The position numbers and the translations under genes were made by a program. A stretch of 64,000 nucleotides of DNA from Styela clava (taxonomy: Eukaryota). The DNA lies in NCBI RefSeq assembly GCF_964204865.1, contig NC_135252.1, forward strand, positions 7,812,001 to 7,876,000. The letters run 5' to 3'. The notes beneath the pieces are model-generated. The model saw only the letters and a program-made list of their open reading frames with translations. It ran no database searches and had not been told where the DNA came from. Positions 37,901 through 52,900 of this stretch are shown here, one piece after another. Within the stretch, counting starts at the first letter, position 1; each line of letters begins with the position of its first letter.

Positions 37901-40900
37901 TTTTTAGTATTATATATATTTTTATCTTTGTTTTTCACCGAGGCCGACCGATCATATGTACAACAATAGATCTAGGTTCTTTGGCGTGTTGGCTGTTATT
38001 TCTAGCATATTGTGGTTCCGTTACGCAGTGTCAAGCTGAATAGCTAGCTACTGATGGAAAGGAATGCAAAATATTAAGTTCCGTGTCACACTATCAAGGT
38101 TTATTGTTCTTCTCTAAAATAAATAAAAATCATATATTCATGGCGCGTGGGATTGATTTTGTGAAAAATATGATGGCACATAGAATTATTCGATGATTCC
38201 TGTAAAAAATATATAATTTCTTTCTCAAAATAAATAAAAGTAAATATCTTGAAATATAAGCCTAATAACAATCGCAGATTAGTTAGATTTTCATTTTCTA
38301 CTTGGGAACCATGGTCGTGCCCGTGCCCCATTCATTCATAGTGCATGAGATTACCTATCATCGAATGTAAATTGTTATTAACAAGTTTTACTCATGGTTT
38401 GGACAAAGGAAAGTAATTGCAAGTACATCGCGCACCTGCTTGTCATGTTGCTCAGCAAAAATTTGTTCTTTGCAATGTGTAATCATTGTAAGATTACATG
38501 CAAATTAAACGTTGTTTTTCACGCCAATAATAATAATTATGATTCAAAACCCATTTTGAGACGCATTGTCATTTTCTATCTTTATCTTTTTTTTCAGACA
38601 AGATTTATGAGATTTTCCATTTCAAACATTCTTAAATATTATAACAGAATTCCTATTTCACACTATACTATATACTGATGTGCATAATGATCTAAATTTG
38701 GCGTTTTATTGCCCCTGGTCATAATGACAACCTGTTACGGTCTTGTGCCTTACATTGCTAGGCAAAGTACATTCCAATCCCCATGCCTAATTTCCGTAAC
38801 ACGATATGTCGTGTGCTTTGTTTTGTGTATCACAAATATCACAGAATGCGTCAAATATAGCGTATAGGAACGCGTGGTATTTACTGTCTATTGATATGAA
38901 AATCTTTGTTTTAATTTTGTTCAGCATGAAATAAATTAGTTCCTTGCATTTCTTGATTACCTTCAGCAGTCGTTCGGAATCAAATCCTTTCAGCTATGTG
39001 ACTTTATGACCCTATATTTTACCTTATAATTTATATTTTGGTTCTTTGTGCTCAGTTGTTTCGATAATTGTTCAATGTGGAATTAAATACCAGACATAGT
39101 TTGACATACGCGCGGAACTTTTTTTTCACGAAATTGTTATATATATAATTACTTAATTTAATAAAATAAATTTTCTAAATATATTTATAGGTGTTTTTGA
39201 ATAAGTTTTCTTAATGTTTATTTACCCTATTGTTGTCGTTTATTAAAGACCTTTGTCTTGTATTTGGAAGACCATCCATTAGTTATGTCTTATAAGTTTC
39301 ATCGTGTTTCTATATATATCAGTTGGTTGCAAACCGATCCTTCATATAATTTCAAGTTATGACGATAATAACAAGTCACGTCAGGTCAAGAATTATAATG
39401 ATGATTTGTTTGCTTACTTCATTTTTGATTGGATTATCCAATACGTAATTTGTCATGAATCAGTATTAGTTTTTGTACTCGTGATCAACGCTAAAACGGA
39501 TAAGTCGTTGGACATATTTCAGTTTTGTTGTTGGTAAATAATATTGGATATATTCTAGGTCAAGCAGACTTTCACTTCAAAATTAAAGTTGAAAATTCTA
39601 GAGGATAACTTTTTCTCTTATACATTGATTATCTTGTCATTATATTGTCATTGATAGTTCAATTTATTGGATTTTGCGTTGGTCCCCAATACCTGACAAA
39701 GATACTCACTTCCAAGCAACGCTTGTATTTTGAACCTAAACCAATATAAAAATAATGTTAATATATCCTGAATAATCTCTGTTAAAAATCATTACCTAAA
39801 AATTGAGAGAAATAATTTGGTTTATTTACCTCTCTGCATTTTACAATATTCTTATTAATCTTTTGGCGCGATGCTGTAAACGTGATTTCTTTCGGAAGCT
39901 TATTGCTGTTGTTTGTTTTTGGTTCGAAGGTGATAAAATTGCACCTGTATTTTCGTGCTTCACTCACACATACTACGTCATATCGATAGGATTGTTCTAT
40001 TTCGTATACATGTGTTATGAAATCAACATCTGTTACTCACTTGTAATGTTAATTAAGAGTGGATCAATTCATTGACGATTGCTCTGGTGCTTTTGTGGGA
40101 TACAGACTTAGTGTCAACGCATATGCCGCATTCATTCCATAACATAATAAATAAAGCACATTGTGTAACACCATTTATATTTTCGAGTGTGATCATGGAA
40201 AAATCATAAAAATCGATCGATGACATTCAAAATAACTACGTGCTAAGCTGGTTGGGATATGCCAAAGTTGGTCATTCGATATATCCATCTTAGTCCGAAT
40301 CTTTGTAATCTATACGAGGATATCACTAAATTTATAGTCTATATTCTTACAGGTGTATATTCAATCTATAGTCTACTACTTCAAAATATCTACTGTCTAA
40401 TTTTATCGCTTTGTAAACAAATCTGAGAAAATACAAGAGAGATTTGAGAGAGTGAAACTAGACCCTCTGATTTACTAATACCCCGTCGAATTGACTTGCT
40501 CTTGCATGTCTTATTTTCACATTGTCCAAATTGAGAGCGATTATGGTACCACAGTTAACTTGGAAGTTGACACATGTTATTGAAATCCCTTGTAAGCAGC
40601 GGAATCGATTCGTGTTGTACATGGAGATGTTATCTCTATTTCACCTTTTTGAATGTTTTGGTAACATCGACTTAACGGACATCATCGTATGATATTAAAG
40701 CGTCTTTTGCAGGTGCAAACGCTTCGTAATTTTTGGCATTAGTCATAAATATACACCACATTAGATTAGTTTTGACATAAAGCCGACCATAATACGAAGT
40801 ATAACCACGTTGGTCCGAAAATTACAAGCTGTATTTGTGCGATATTTGACGCATACGTGCTGCTCCATTTTTGCAAATACGTGTTACTGTACGAGATATT

Positions 40901-43900
40901 GCCCAGTAATCTAGTAGTATGATTTTTATATGCAAGTTTAACTCATACACGTTTTAACTACCGGAGACAACATAAACTTTGAAATACTCGAAAAGTTTGG
41001 ATAAGGGATGGGTATATGGATCTAGATGCTATTTAAATACAACCTCCGTGGATGGATATTGGTCTGTCATATGGGGGAGCAGGTTCAGTCGACCGTGTCC
41101 ATTTTTCTGCACAAGGCTAACATGGCGCATCACATCACATTAGTAGAGTAAATATGAACCGATGTACATCTTCCGATATGCGTGCCTGTCATAACGACGA
41201 GATTTCTATCCAATCCGTGGAAACCAAAAGTTTACCATCCTCTTCTCCTCGCCAAGTTGCTGAGATGAGATTTACTTATAGCCACCCCATACTTGGTAAC
41301 TCGGTTTGTTTGTTGTGCCGTGTTTGTGCAGAAAAATTGATTTTCTACGGTAAAATGGGAGCGTTTTGTTGATAAAGTGGTCGCAAAGTCATAAATAGAA
41401 CTTTCAACATATTACGAAAGCTTATTTCGGCATAGAAATTGATTCTTAGTAGTGCGTTTTTATCACACTTTAGAGGCTGTAGTGTGTTATGCGTTAATCA
41501 AGTTCAATTCGTTTGAGTGTACTGTTCTCAGTGCAGTCTAATCGTACTTTTTGTGTTTTTGCGTTCTTTCCATGAATTATTTATAATTGTTGTAGTTTGA
41601 CGCCCAAATTTACGCTCCATAAATTTGGGTCCACATTAAAAGAGTACTCGTTATCACAATATCTGTCACCCAGCTCTCGCTGTTTATCGTTTTATCGGTG
41701 TAAATAATTGGCGATTAAACACGACTTCGTGTTTAATAACGTTAGCCCTCGACAGGTAATTTCAATCTTCGTTGGAGATTTTATTCATAAGTGGATCTGC
41801 ATATTGACCCACCGTGCTAAGCAAACGAATACATGCCTGGACTTGTTCGCTCGTTAACGCATTGCCCAATGAAAGTAGACGTAACCCTACCTAGACATAA
41901 TGTCGGCAAGGAATTTAAATCCCAGTTTCCTATTGTGTAGGTTGGAATGCGAGACGATATCAAGCTGATTCGTGGTTTATTTCAACTGTGCGAAAACGCG
42001 GATGAATTTTGAAGACACTGATTTTATAATACACATATCTAATGTATATAGTACAGTACTTAGTATTTGGAAATGACATGGAAATCACAAATATGAAAAT
42101 TTGGCGTTAAATTATACTGAGCAATGTGTACGATACATTGGAATAAAGGTGTTACAAAAGATTAATCTGATCATCATTTCAATTCCCGTGTGAAACACAG
42201 GTATCATGTTCTGGTATTGTTAACGATGATTACCAGTAAAGATTACGTCACATTTGCACGACGATTGTTACATAATTTTGTAACGTTCAGTCAACCATCA
42301 TTTCACAGTATTCAATGTAAGCCGCGTTTTCAGTCATATTTAAGCAAATGCGCGCTTGATATATACTTTTAGTTTAATTAAGTATTTAATTTAAATAATT
42401 TCCAGCAGTGTATCAATATGCTGACTTATTTATCATTGGTAGATTTGTATTGTTCCACAGTTATCTTTAAGATACCGATAGTCGATCCATCGTAGGGAAA
42501 CGCTCCCCATTCTCATATCGTTTGGTGTGTATTCTCCTGAATCATTTCAAGTTAAAATGTGGTATACAATTAATAAACTATTGAAAAACTCCGGCCTAAC
42601 TTTTCCCAATTCGGGCATGACGAGATCCGTTTAGCTGCGTCCGGTCTGTCGTCATGCTTCATATATAGATGCTCTTTGCTGGCTAAACTGAAAATAAGTT
42701 CAAAATGTAATTGAAGATAAGTTGAAAAGTAATATTACGACCTTTCCGGCGTTTTGTCTCCATAGTCGTGTAATTTGCCAGATACTCTTCCAAAGTATGC
42801 CGCTTTACCTTTTAGAGTTGTAAATGTGCTACATTCTTGAATCGTAGCAATAACGGTTCCCCGAGCCGTATCGCTCTCTCCTTTCAACGCTGTCCGCTCG
42901 CAGAAGGTCTGATTTTCGGTTTTATATTTATTGGGATTTGTTGCTGTTGTGGAGCGATAGTTGAATGTCGATTTGCGGATTCTGCTATCTGTATAACAGC
43001 TAATTTTACAAATATGCTCTCAACTTATGAATTAACCGTCAACCACGATTACCTCTTCCACAAACGTGTCCTTCATTTCCAAAAGCGGTTCAAATAATTA
43101 TATACACACCGTCGTTGATGGTGGTGATTTACATTCTCTTTCAAAAACTCCCACGGTTTGAAAAAGGTATTCGCCGTACGGTATAGGTATAAACATTCAA
43201 GTCGAAACTTATTTTTAGTCTTCGAGGGAAGAAAAGTATCGAATTCGACTACCTGAAAGTTGCCGGTGAAAATAGAACCATAGCATAGAATCCACATTTT
43301 CGATAACGTGTGCATTGGTCCTCTTTAGCAAAGCCCTATGTCTGGATAAACTTGGACAATAATGACTATTTGTAGAATAAAATATCCCTCAACAGATGTA
43401 TACAAATAAGGGTCGTTGATAATTTGCAACGTGTTCTATTAGTTCACTGACTCACGTAAAGTACAACATATGTAAACATGGGGTTGGTAAACATTATAAT
43501 TTGTAATTCTGTGAGACGTGCACTAATTTACTGTTAATAATAAAAGTCAATAATCGTGGAATCGGGAGCTCCGTACGTTAAATAAGCAACCCAGCATACC
43601 CAGAAAAGACAAGAAATAAACCACTCGAAGCGAAATGTAATTGCCATCGATATTCCTGTCCAGATAAAGCCAGACAATAAAATTAAACATTCCGTCCATA
43701 TGTCGGTCTCAAATTATATTCCCTTGGGTGCACTTCTAGCCGCTCGTATCTGATCGAAAATTCTAACTCGGTTATATGTTTACTCACTCCTTTGGCCTTA
43801 GAGTGGATTGGAAAAAAGTAAATTGCTGCATTACTAAAGCAGTCCAACAGTAGGTTAGGCATAGTTCTACCAAAACATCTAATACTGTGGTCTCCGTCAT

Positions 43901-46900
43901 TTGCCACGTCCCAAGCGTTTACGACAGTTTTGATTGTTGCTGACAATTCATATTCATAATAATAATTCAGGATATTCAGCCCAGCACGACACATTATTTA
44001 TACATTAATAAAGAGTTCAACGGTCTGATTCAATGCAACAACAATTCAATACGCAAAACAACTTGAAATGTACTGAATTTTGAATTCATTAAAACAGCTT
44101 TGACAGTTCTAGATATATTTTACTCTCAACCACATGCGATACCAACTGACCAACCAACATCACCAGCATTATTTGTGATATTTCTTCATTATTTATATTT
44201 TGACTTGTACTAGAATTCCGGCTCGTTTCCAAACTTCATTTGTTAACATTGCGGTATATTTTTATTATTGGTCACACCTGATGATTCATTCAGTAATCGA
44301 CTTGACATAAGCCGGTAAATATTTTCAGCTTTGTCATAAACCTACCCATCACGTGGAAAAGCGTCAAATCCTAATTCTTTCGCGAGTTCTCAAGCCGAAT
44401 CCAACAAAAGCGTACTCGTGTGCGGTATCCTTTAGTCATTGTTGTGCGGTATTAACAGTTCGAACATGGTTCTCAAGTTCTTTTGTGTTTCGCTGCACTT
44501 CAATTCCTTAAGATAAGCTATTCGGTCGATGGTGTTATGTGACTTTTGTTTGTAATAGGACTTGGGGGTGCTTGGAGTAATTTGTCTAAATGTCAAATTA
44601 AGTATCAAAGCGCGGATAAATGTCGATACCAAAGTACAGTAAAGTTTATGAAAAATGCCACGACCAAGAATATTATTCACCTGTGAAGATCGCAAAACAT
44701 GTCATTAAACATATAAGGTTTGACGTAGTAAAAGATAAAGGTAACCATCAACCAGCGTGGTATCTCACACCTGGCTATGAAGTTGATTAGTAATAAATTG
44801 CCAAGTTGTATTTGGGTGGTCAAATCAACGTTTAAAATAGACAATCATAAGACCCACTATCAACGGGCTTGGGCTAACAGTGCTCATGAATGAAAATTGA
44901 GCTATTGTAAAACTCGTCATTTATCAAACCAAAAGGTGTTAATTTGGTTTTTGGATTTCTGCATTAAATGGAAACTTTCTATTTTTTTTTCAGGCAAAGA
45001 TGGGACGTCCACCTTACTTCGGAGACGAATGTCATGGACTCATTTCCAGAGAAGATGGGGATATTTTGTGTCAGGAAGAGGGCAACTTCCTTATCCGCGA
45101 ATCTCAAAACGAGCGAGGACGGTATACTTTAGTTTTAAGGTAATGTTTTTAAATATTTTTTCTCAACTATTGTAGCAGTAGTTGGCTTTCATGAATAAAG
45201 TTGTCTTTTGTCCATTAGCTAGTTGATTTTAAGTATAATTGACGTCTCAATGCGATAATGACGTCCAATGATATACCGGTAGTTGAAATTTCCTGTAGCA
45301 TTAACCAGTTTTACATCCAACTCATAAAACCAATGAAATATGCTGTATTCAGTTCGTAAAAATATTTGTCTGAATTTTGTTGGAACCAAATTCTAAGCGT
45401 TGACTCTACCCTAACCAAACATTTAGCAGCACGGCGTGGAACAGTTAGAAATTTTTACTAGTCAAAACCATTCCCAATTTCATTATTTAACCATTATGCC
45501 AACATGAGACAAATGATGAAAATTGCCTGTTTATTTACGTTATTATCATTTCTATTTTAAAATCTTCATGAGTTGTATTATGTTACGTTGTCGGATGTTA
45601 TGGTTGTCAGTTTAGGAAGATAAAGCACTTAAAGTTCTTTCGCGTGCGTGCTGATTAATTGTTTTTGAACTAGTTATCTAACAAGAGGGGATGCGGTACT
45701 AGATTTTGGCTTAATCTTTTGTGTGCCGACTAATTGAAAGGAATGCAAATAAAAGCTTGCTTTAAGGGCCATTTGCTAAGTTTGTCAAATAATGGACACC
45801 TGACGCGCCCTTCTAGACTCGAAAATTGAAATACATTTATGGTACTTGTCCGCAAATGCAGACAAGTACTACGGAGATATTTTTTTAGCAGTTTTTCACA
45901 TGTTATAACAACGTAATTATCAGAGAAGAAAATCGTTAACCGAATTTGAAATACTCGTAATTTACTGTGTATTTACTTCGTCTCACATCTGTTGCGCCGT
46001 CATTTATTGGTAAAATCGTAAATTGGACGGTATTTCAAGCGATGTCGCAATATTAAAAGTATTATGGGCGCAATGTTTACATTTTCCGTATCGCTTTATT
46101 CTTTTATCGCACAAAATTTTACCTCAGGTTTTATGGCAGACAGCAAATATTTGAAGAACGGTCAAATTGAATATCACATTATCAGCTCCATCATATATGC
46201 CGTCTTTAGGCTTATCTGAAACGATAATATAATCCACGAAAAGTGAACAGACGAATTATTATATGGTTTTTCAATGCAGATACATATATAAGTAAATTAG
46301 TTTTTGAAATAATTTAGCCGCAAATTTATCTGCCGTCTGAAAGACATGATTATCGACCATAAGTTTTAACATGACTTTTTTATGCGGGAAGATTCATCGC
46401 AACGAGCGAAACGATCCATGCGGTTCGAATTCACTTATTTTTTAAGTATAAGACTTAAAAAAACAGATTACGACACTCTATGATGATGTTGTTATACGCA
46501 ATGTGGTTTTTCTTCAATTGATTTACTTGTGCACTTGAATGCGTACGGATCTTATAGCTCTGAATAATGATGCTGTCATCCAACATCTATGTCGTGGTTG
46601 CACTGTTTTCAACTGGAACAGGTTCACGAAATACAACGAAATTGCCTCATGCTTAAATTATTATTGGATTACGACATTACAATACGAAAACAATTACTTC
46701 TTTAGTCAAAAATGCGGAAGAAGATGATTATTCATCAAGTTCCCGCCGTGCTTTCATGCATACTTCCTCATTCCTATTTCATTTTCTTTATATTTGAAGA
46801 TTTCAGTATTTGATTTTGTTGTTTTTCAACTTACTTACTTTGACCACTATCAGATTTCATTACAAAGTACACCATATCCTGATGATCTAATAAAAGCAAT

Positions 46901-49900
46901 CACGTTTTAGGGTAAACTGTGGTTTGATTAGTAAACCCTTCAGGTTATTCTGCTGAAAAATTTACTGAACTAATTCCGGTATGACGAATACTCAACCGCT
47001 TCACACATTCCGCAATGAATCATTATAGCAATACCGATTCACTTCAAATTCCTAGATGCTTGAGATTATCACAAATAAGTCTTGTTTAAGGACAAACGGT
47101 TGACGACCACTGATGTGGGTGTCATGGTTGCCACGGAACATTGTTGCAGGGGAGTTGCGCTGGTATGCATATGCAGTATATACTATATACATGTGAATGT
47201 ATTGGAATTAGTAACAAAACGTATTTTTTTTTTTTAAACTTGGATCTGGAATCGTCAATTACTAATGCGAAATATCATTTTGGTGGTCTACTGGTCGGCA
47301 TCAGTCAAATTTCTATAGTCCCCTACAGGCGAACTATTTATATTCCTTTTCTTATGATAAAATTAACCAATTACACACAAACCACATCCTCAGGTGTGGG
47401 AAAGTACGATTAAACTTTTAAACCCTTTGCTGTTTATTCGGGCAAAGAAATATGATATCGTAGTCGAGTTACCATATTTTCCCCTAAACTGCATATTGCG
47501 GCTAGGAAATGAGATTATTGTGCAAAGGTTGGGTAAAATACATGAAGCCAACAATATATATTTTGTAAGCTATTGTGTAATCTATTGCACATACCACAGA
47601 CGATCGACTCGTAAGTACCGGAGCTGAAGTCCGATATTCGCTCCTAAATAGGGATTATATGATTTTATCTGTTTTTCACGTAATTGCTAATTTTCTAATA
47701 TAAACATAGTTCATTCAAAGTTGTATTAGTTTACAGACAACTTGACCCGCGTCTGACAGTATAATTTCAATACACATGCTGAGATCGTGATTGTGGGTAT
47801 ATTTTCGAAATTATAGAAGGATTGGGTCACTTATTATAATCCAATCGAGCCGAAACGGAACTACTTATACAATCCGCGTTATAATTGCTGTTTTGAGTAT
47901 GGGATGAATATATCTACCACGTGTTTTATCTCTGATCCATGCTGTGCTATATATAAATATTTGAATTTATCTGTAATGAAGTTTATGTACCGTCGTCGTT
48001 TTCAGTGTGATATTATGATTTCATTGTCAAGATAAAAATCAAGTATAAGCAAATGCGATATATAGCGCGTCGATGACCGCTTGCAGTTGTTCTATCAATA
48101 TCCTTTCCACGTTTAGTTAAGGAATCCGGAAATTGATTTATTTGCTTGATAAAAGATGAAAAAATGAATGTGTATATTTTTTTATCCGCCTGTTTTAATA
48201 AGTAACAATTCATTTCTTACCCACTCAAGATATAGGATCGATTATCTTGGGCTAAGTTTTCTTCGTATTGCCCTGTATGCCAATAGTTGCAGAGTATTAT
48301 CGCTATTCTGGTACTTAAAAACGTCGCGATGTGTGACCATTTCATTTTTGCCCTATGTCAAAGTAATCCATCTAGAAATGCCCTCCGCGTACCTTTCGAG
48401 GTATAAGCAGACGTTTGGGTTTTGAATTTCAGTCATTGTGAGAATAGCGTATCTGTCCTAATCTCTTACGAATCGAGTTCTAAATATATCCAGAGAGCTT
48501 ATGAAATAGCTAAGCCTTGAAAATTGCAAGACTACGATTTCTATCCGATGCGACGATTTCTCCGAATGCCCCATTTACAGTGTGTATATTCAAATCACCG
48601 TGGTCTTGTGGAGTTGCGACCGATTTGTCGATGTAGAAGCACAGCGCTTCGTATTGCGTATTCCTTTACATTTGATATGAATTATGAAGTCGCCAATAAC
48701 ATTTCCAGCGAAAATGTTTTATTTATTTAGATTGCTTTTGCTGTCAGCTAAATTGAATATTTTAAAATTGAACTTTTAAGTCGTGGTTGATTTATGGTTA
48801 TTGATAAATTGTGTATTCGTCGTTGGGGGCAATAACCCCAATAAAGGAAAGCGTGCCAGAAATTTGATTTACGGATGACAGACGGTGCCTAAATAAACTA
48901 AATTAACAAAAGGCGTCGATGGCCTTCGAGTACGTGACCCATTGTCTCCGATGATGAACGACCATTTAGTTTGGCCGCCTATATCTGCACCGGTAACATG
49001 TGTATCCAATTGTAAATCCGCTCTGCAAATACTTGAGCCACCTGCCAACTATTTCAAGACTTGACTTGGGTGGCTCTTCAACGTTTCCGCTTTTGATGAA
49101 ACCGATTTCCCCGTTAATTGGCGGCAACACAAAAATCTATTTTGTAAGAAGGTTGACATTCATTTCTACTTCAGTGAGCGACAGTATTTTGTGAGGAAAT
49201 TAAGGGGATACTTGATGTAACGCCTGGATAAATTCATGGAATGGAATTGTCGTCTGTGGAATTTAAGTTATCTACAAATTTTTCATATGCTTTCACAGAA
49301 GTAATGAATTTATACAAGATTGACAATATGCGAACAAAATTGGTCATAACGTACTCAATTCTCCAGGGGTTACTCAGGTTTTCAGAATCGCTTGTGTCGA
49401 TACTCGATATCCATGTCAATAATACGTTTATTCGTGTGTTGGTGTACAGTTACAGTTGCACCTTGGCTTGTGTTTGGACGCAACCCCAAGTTCAATAGTA
49501 TTTTGTCGTGTGCATGTCACATTTTGCATTGTTTTCCGTCATGCTGTGCTGTTTACCACACTAGTAGTAAGTAACATAAGTCTTATAAATAGGAATGGTT
49601 TAAATTCAAGTGACATGACCCCCTTCCCCGTGGTTAACCGCGAATGCTTGGTCGGCTGTAGTTTTTGCACTTCGTTTCCTGTTGACATAATGCCAACACA
49701 TCTCGTCCACGAAACGAAATACAAATTTTTGTACGTGGTGCATTGCAAAACTAAATGAGGGCTGTATTTGAATTAGGGTTATCACAAACGACGCTAAGTG
49801 ATTGCAAAGAGCATATTTATCCCCATTACCATAATACCCTTTTATATTTTCAATTATATTCAGCAGCTTGAATTATGCCTTTAGTCAAGGTTTGACCGAG

Positions 49901-52900
49901 CTATCAGATTCAGCTGCACTGTAAATTTACTGTTGGGTAGGTGGGCTGGTTACAGGTGACGTAGATCGCCGAAATAACATTGGAATGACTAAAACTTTGT
50001 CCCGTCGCCTTACTAATAACACAAAAAATACTAATTTTCAGTCGTTAATCGATAAACGTTATTAGGGTTCCTCCACGTCATAATTTAAAAATACGTCGAA
50101 TTTCCACTTTTACTGTCACACGGCAATTTCCGACTTAAATATATCTTTATGACCACCCTCCATTATCATCCACTTGGAAATCAATCTTTTTAACAATCTC
50201 TCATCCCGATACTTTGTTTGCTTTAGTAGATCTTTTAAAATCGATGACTAAATGGACGAATACATCGACCAGTCGTCCGATTATTTAATCAATTCCACTA
50301 TTGCGGGCCGATCTTGGCCGATGTTAAGTTTTATGTCTTCTATTCAAAGGTTGAGAAAAGGTCGACGTATTTCTCAAGAATTTCACGCTTTTATTATCCC
50401 AAATGCAGTGTTTTGTTATTCGTGGCAGGCCTATTGTGGATTATCACAGTGCGAAAAGTTTTCTTTATTTTACCGTGGCACAATTTTAATGCCTTGTTTT
50501 CAGGGAAGCACAGAAGCCAACCGACGATGGTCATGGTGAATTATTTAGCACAATCAAATCTTATGAGAAAGTTTTATATAAAATTAAATAGAAAACATAA
50601 TGTGTGCTATTGAAATTTGCCAAACTGAATTTAAACATAATATTTGTTTCATAAGAGCGATGCTCCCAAATTTGTTGTATGATTATGAATACGCGAAATA
50701 GAGGCGCCCAATATTTCTCCATATTTTTCATAACATATAATAAATGTGAAGTCTAATTGAATGTTCTACTTATACTTCTAAGGTAGTATTTCTAACACTG
50801 AAATTGTCCGATTTGCATTCAGTCCAATTGGCAATTTGTGTTTCATGGTGTATTATAAATTTAATTTCTGTATTATATTTCATCCTACAAGAGCGGTTAG
50901 CGTCTAAGCTTTCGTTACATTTATGATTATGTTTATAAAACACTGGATGCTGTGAAGTCGGGCATTCGATACTTCTCATAAGTTCTTGTGTCAACATCCT
51001 GTCTGTCTGGTAAAAATATACAAACCGTCGAAGTCTTCGGTATAGCTATTTATCAAACGCGGGCGTGTTCAGATGTTATAATTAAACCGTACGCACACTT
51101 GCTGAATTACAGGTTCGTTTCCGCTACATTTTGTCTTTCTTGATTATTAGTGATCCTAGTACTTCGATTGTACGTTTCCTATTCTATAATCTGTTTATCT
51201 TCTCAGATAGTTGTGTGAATTGCCTAAACGAGTTTTTCCATATAAGTTAAGATAACAGATATAATGAAAAATCCAAATTAACTTACAATAATCGGACACT
51301 AAGTAAGTGTACATATGGATCGTTTTGGTATTATGTTGTTGTTGATCATGTTATTAGTATTTTCTTCTTCTTGTTGTTGTCATTAACTACTGGCCAGATG
51401 AAATTTTCTATGGTTAAACATTGTATTTTCGCTAGGTGGCTATTACTTATTCATTTCAAAAATTTCGGTTGCCTTTACCGGGTTCGTTTTTGTATGCAAT
51501 GACGTCATCAAATTAAAAAATTGCGCTTCTTATGGCGGTTCCTCTTTCGCGTAAGTTGTTGTTGGTGGTTAGGTACCGGTAGACTACTGTACCCTATTGA
51601 ATATTTATTTCGTGTCCATATATTTGCGCACCGCTCTCGTGTTTTATTGTTTTAGCATTTCAGATAATTAATTTGAACCTGACAAAATGAGTACATTAGA
51701 TGACAGAAATGCGCCATCACTAATTACTTCGGAAAGTCAAGTGCATTTCAAAATTCAAACTATCGATAACGTAAACGTAATGAGGCGATACTTCAAATAG
51801 CGTCAAATAATCGTCCGGAGCGTGACTTGGAAATTGTTGAAACGCCAACATCTGACACACAAAAAAACTTAGTGTACCATAAACAAAGCGCCACACGCTT
51901 TATGACACTACCTGTTCTAGATAGTATCTGGATTGCAGTATGTCACAGATAAATTTAGAATTTGCTTAACTATATATTGTTGAATTTATAATACCCCACT
52001 ACAAGAACTTTAGGTATCATACAGAAATTATGCTGGATTATGTCCTAGATTACAAAAAATATATGTAATTGCTTCGAAAAACGTATCATTTTGGTTCAAA
52101 TGGCAACATATTTGAGCGGATTTTTGTGGAAAATTTGACCATAAAGAGTTTGACCTTTTATACATAATGCTCTTTTGTTGCTTGTACACCATCAAATTAT
52201 ACGTTCCCCAAATTCTAGATCAATGCCCAGGATATTTTGGATAAGCCTGTGTCGGCCACACACATTATATATATATATTACTATCTGTTAATAATATAAC
52301 AGCAGATAGCAGCATTTAAAATATTTCGAAATACCTATGCTACTCTGCTTCATAGTTTTTGCATATAACGTTAAAAAATTTGCACCCGTTATTTTGAATT
52401 TTCAAGTAAGTTTAATTACAATTCAGCCAACTAAAATTAGCAAAAGATGAATTACAACTACAAGAGCGTATTTTATTGCTCATGTTTTGGTAGGTAACAT
52501 TTGATTAGTAATAAAATGCCATTGAGTTTTCTGCAACTTTATTACAACATTTGTTGTGTTCAGCTCGGCCTTTGAAGGATTATAGACTTGTTGTTACACC
52601 GTGCGGCTGCGAGTGCAGTATTTTTACAGCTCGTCGCTGTTTTGGGGTTGTTTACTTAACATGCGGTAGTTTTAGCGACCATGCAACAACACCAGGTCTG
52701 TTCATTTGATTTCATGCGTGCAGGTTGTAGTTATAGCTCATATATTACATCCCGATGCATCATGAAAGGTATTGAATATGCAATTTCATTTGATGTCATA
52801 AAACTCAAAATGAAGTTGTGTTTCGCCTGTTTGGCGCAGGCGAGTGTGACGTGACAGACGTGCTTGGTAATTTCAATTTCAAGATAGCTGAAGCTGAATT

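Noticed and set aside
43683-43994. GPCR TM7-like motif ([11 protein letters not shown]) suggesting a nested receptor
   Set aside because: No NPxxY proline and no series of transmembrane segments in the neighbouring candidate exons.
46123-46215. In-frame TGA as selenocysteine
   Set aside because: Another stop in the same chain is TAA, frameshifts are also needed, and no SECIS was identified.
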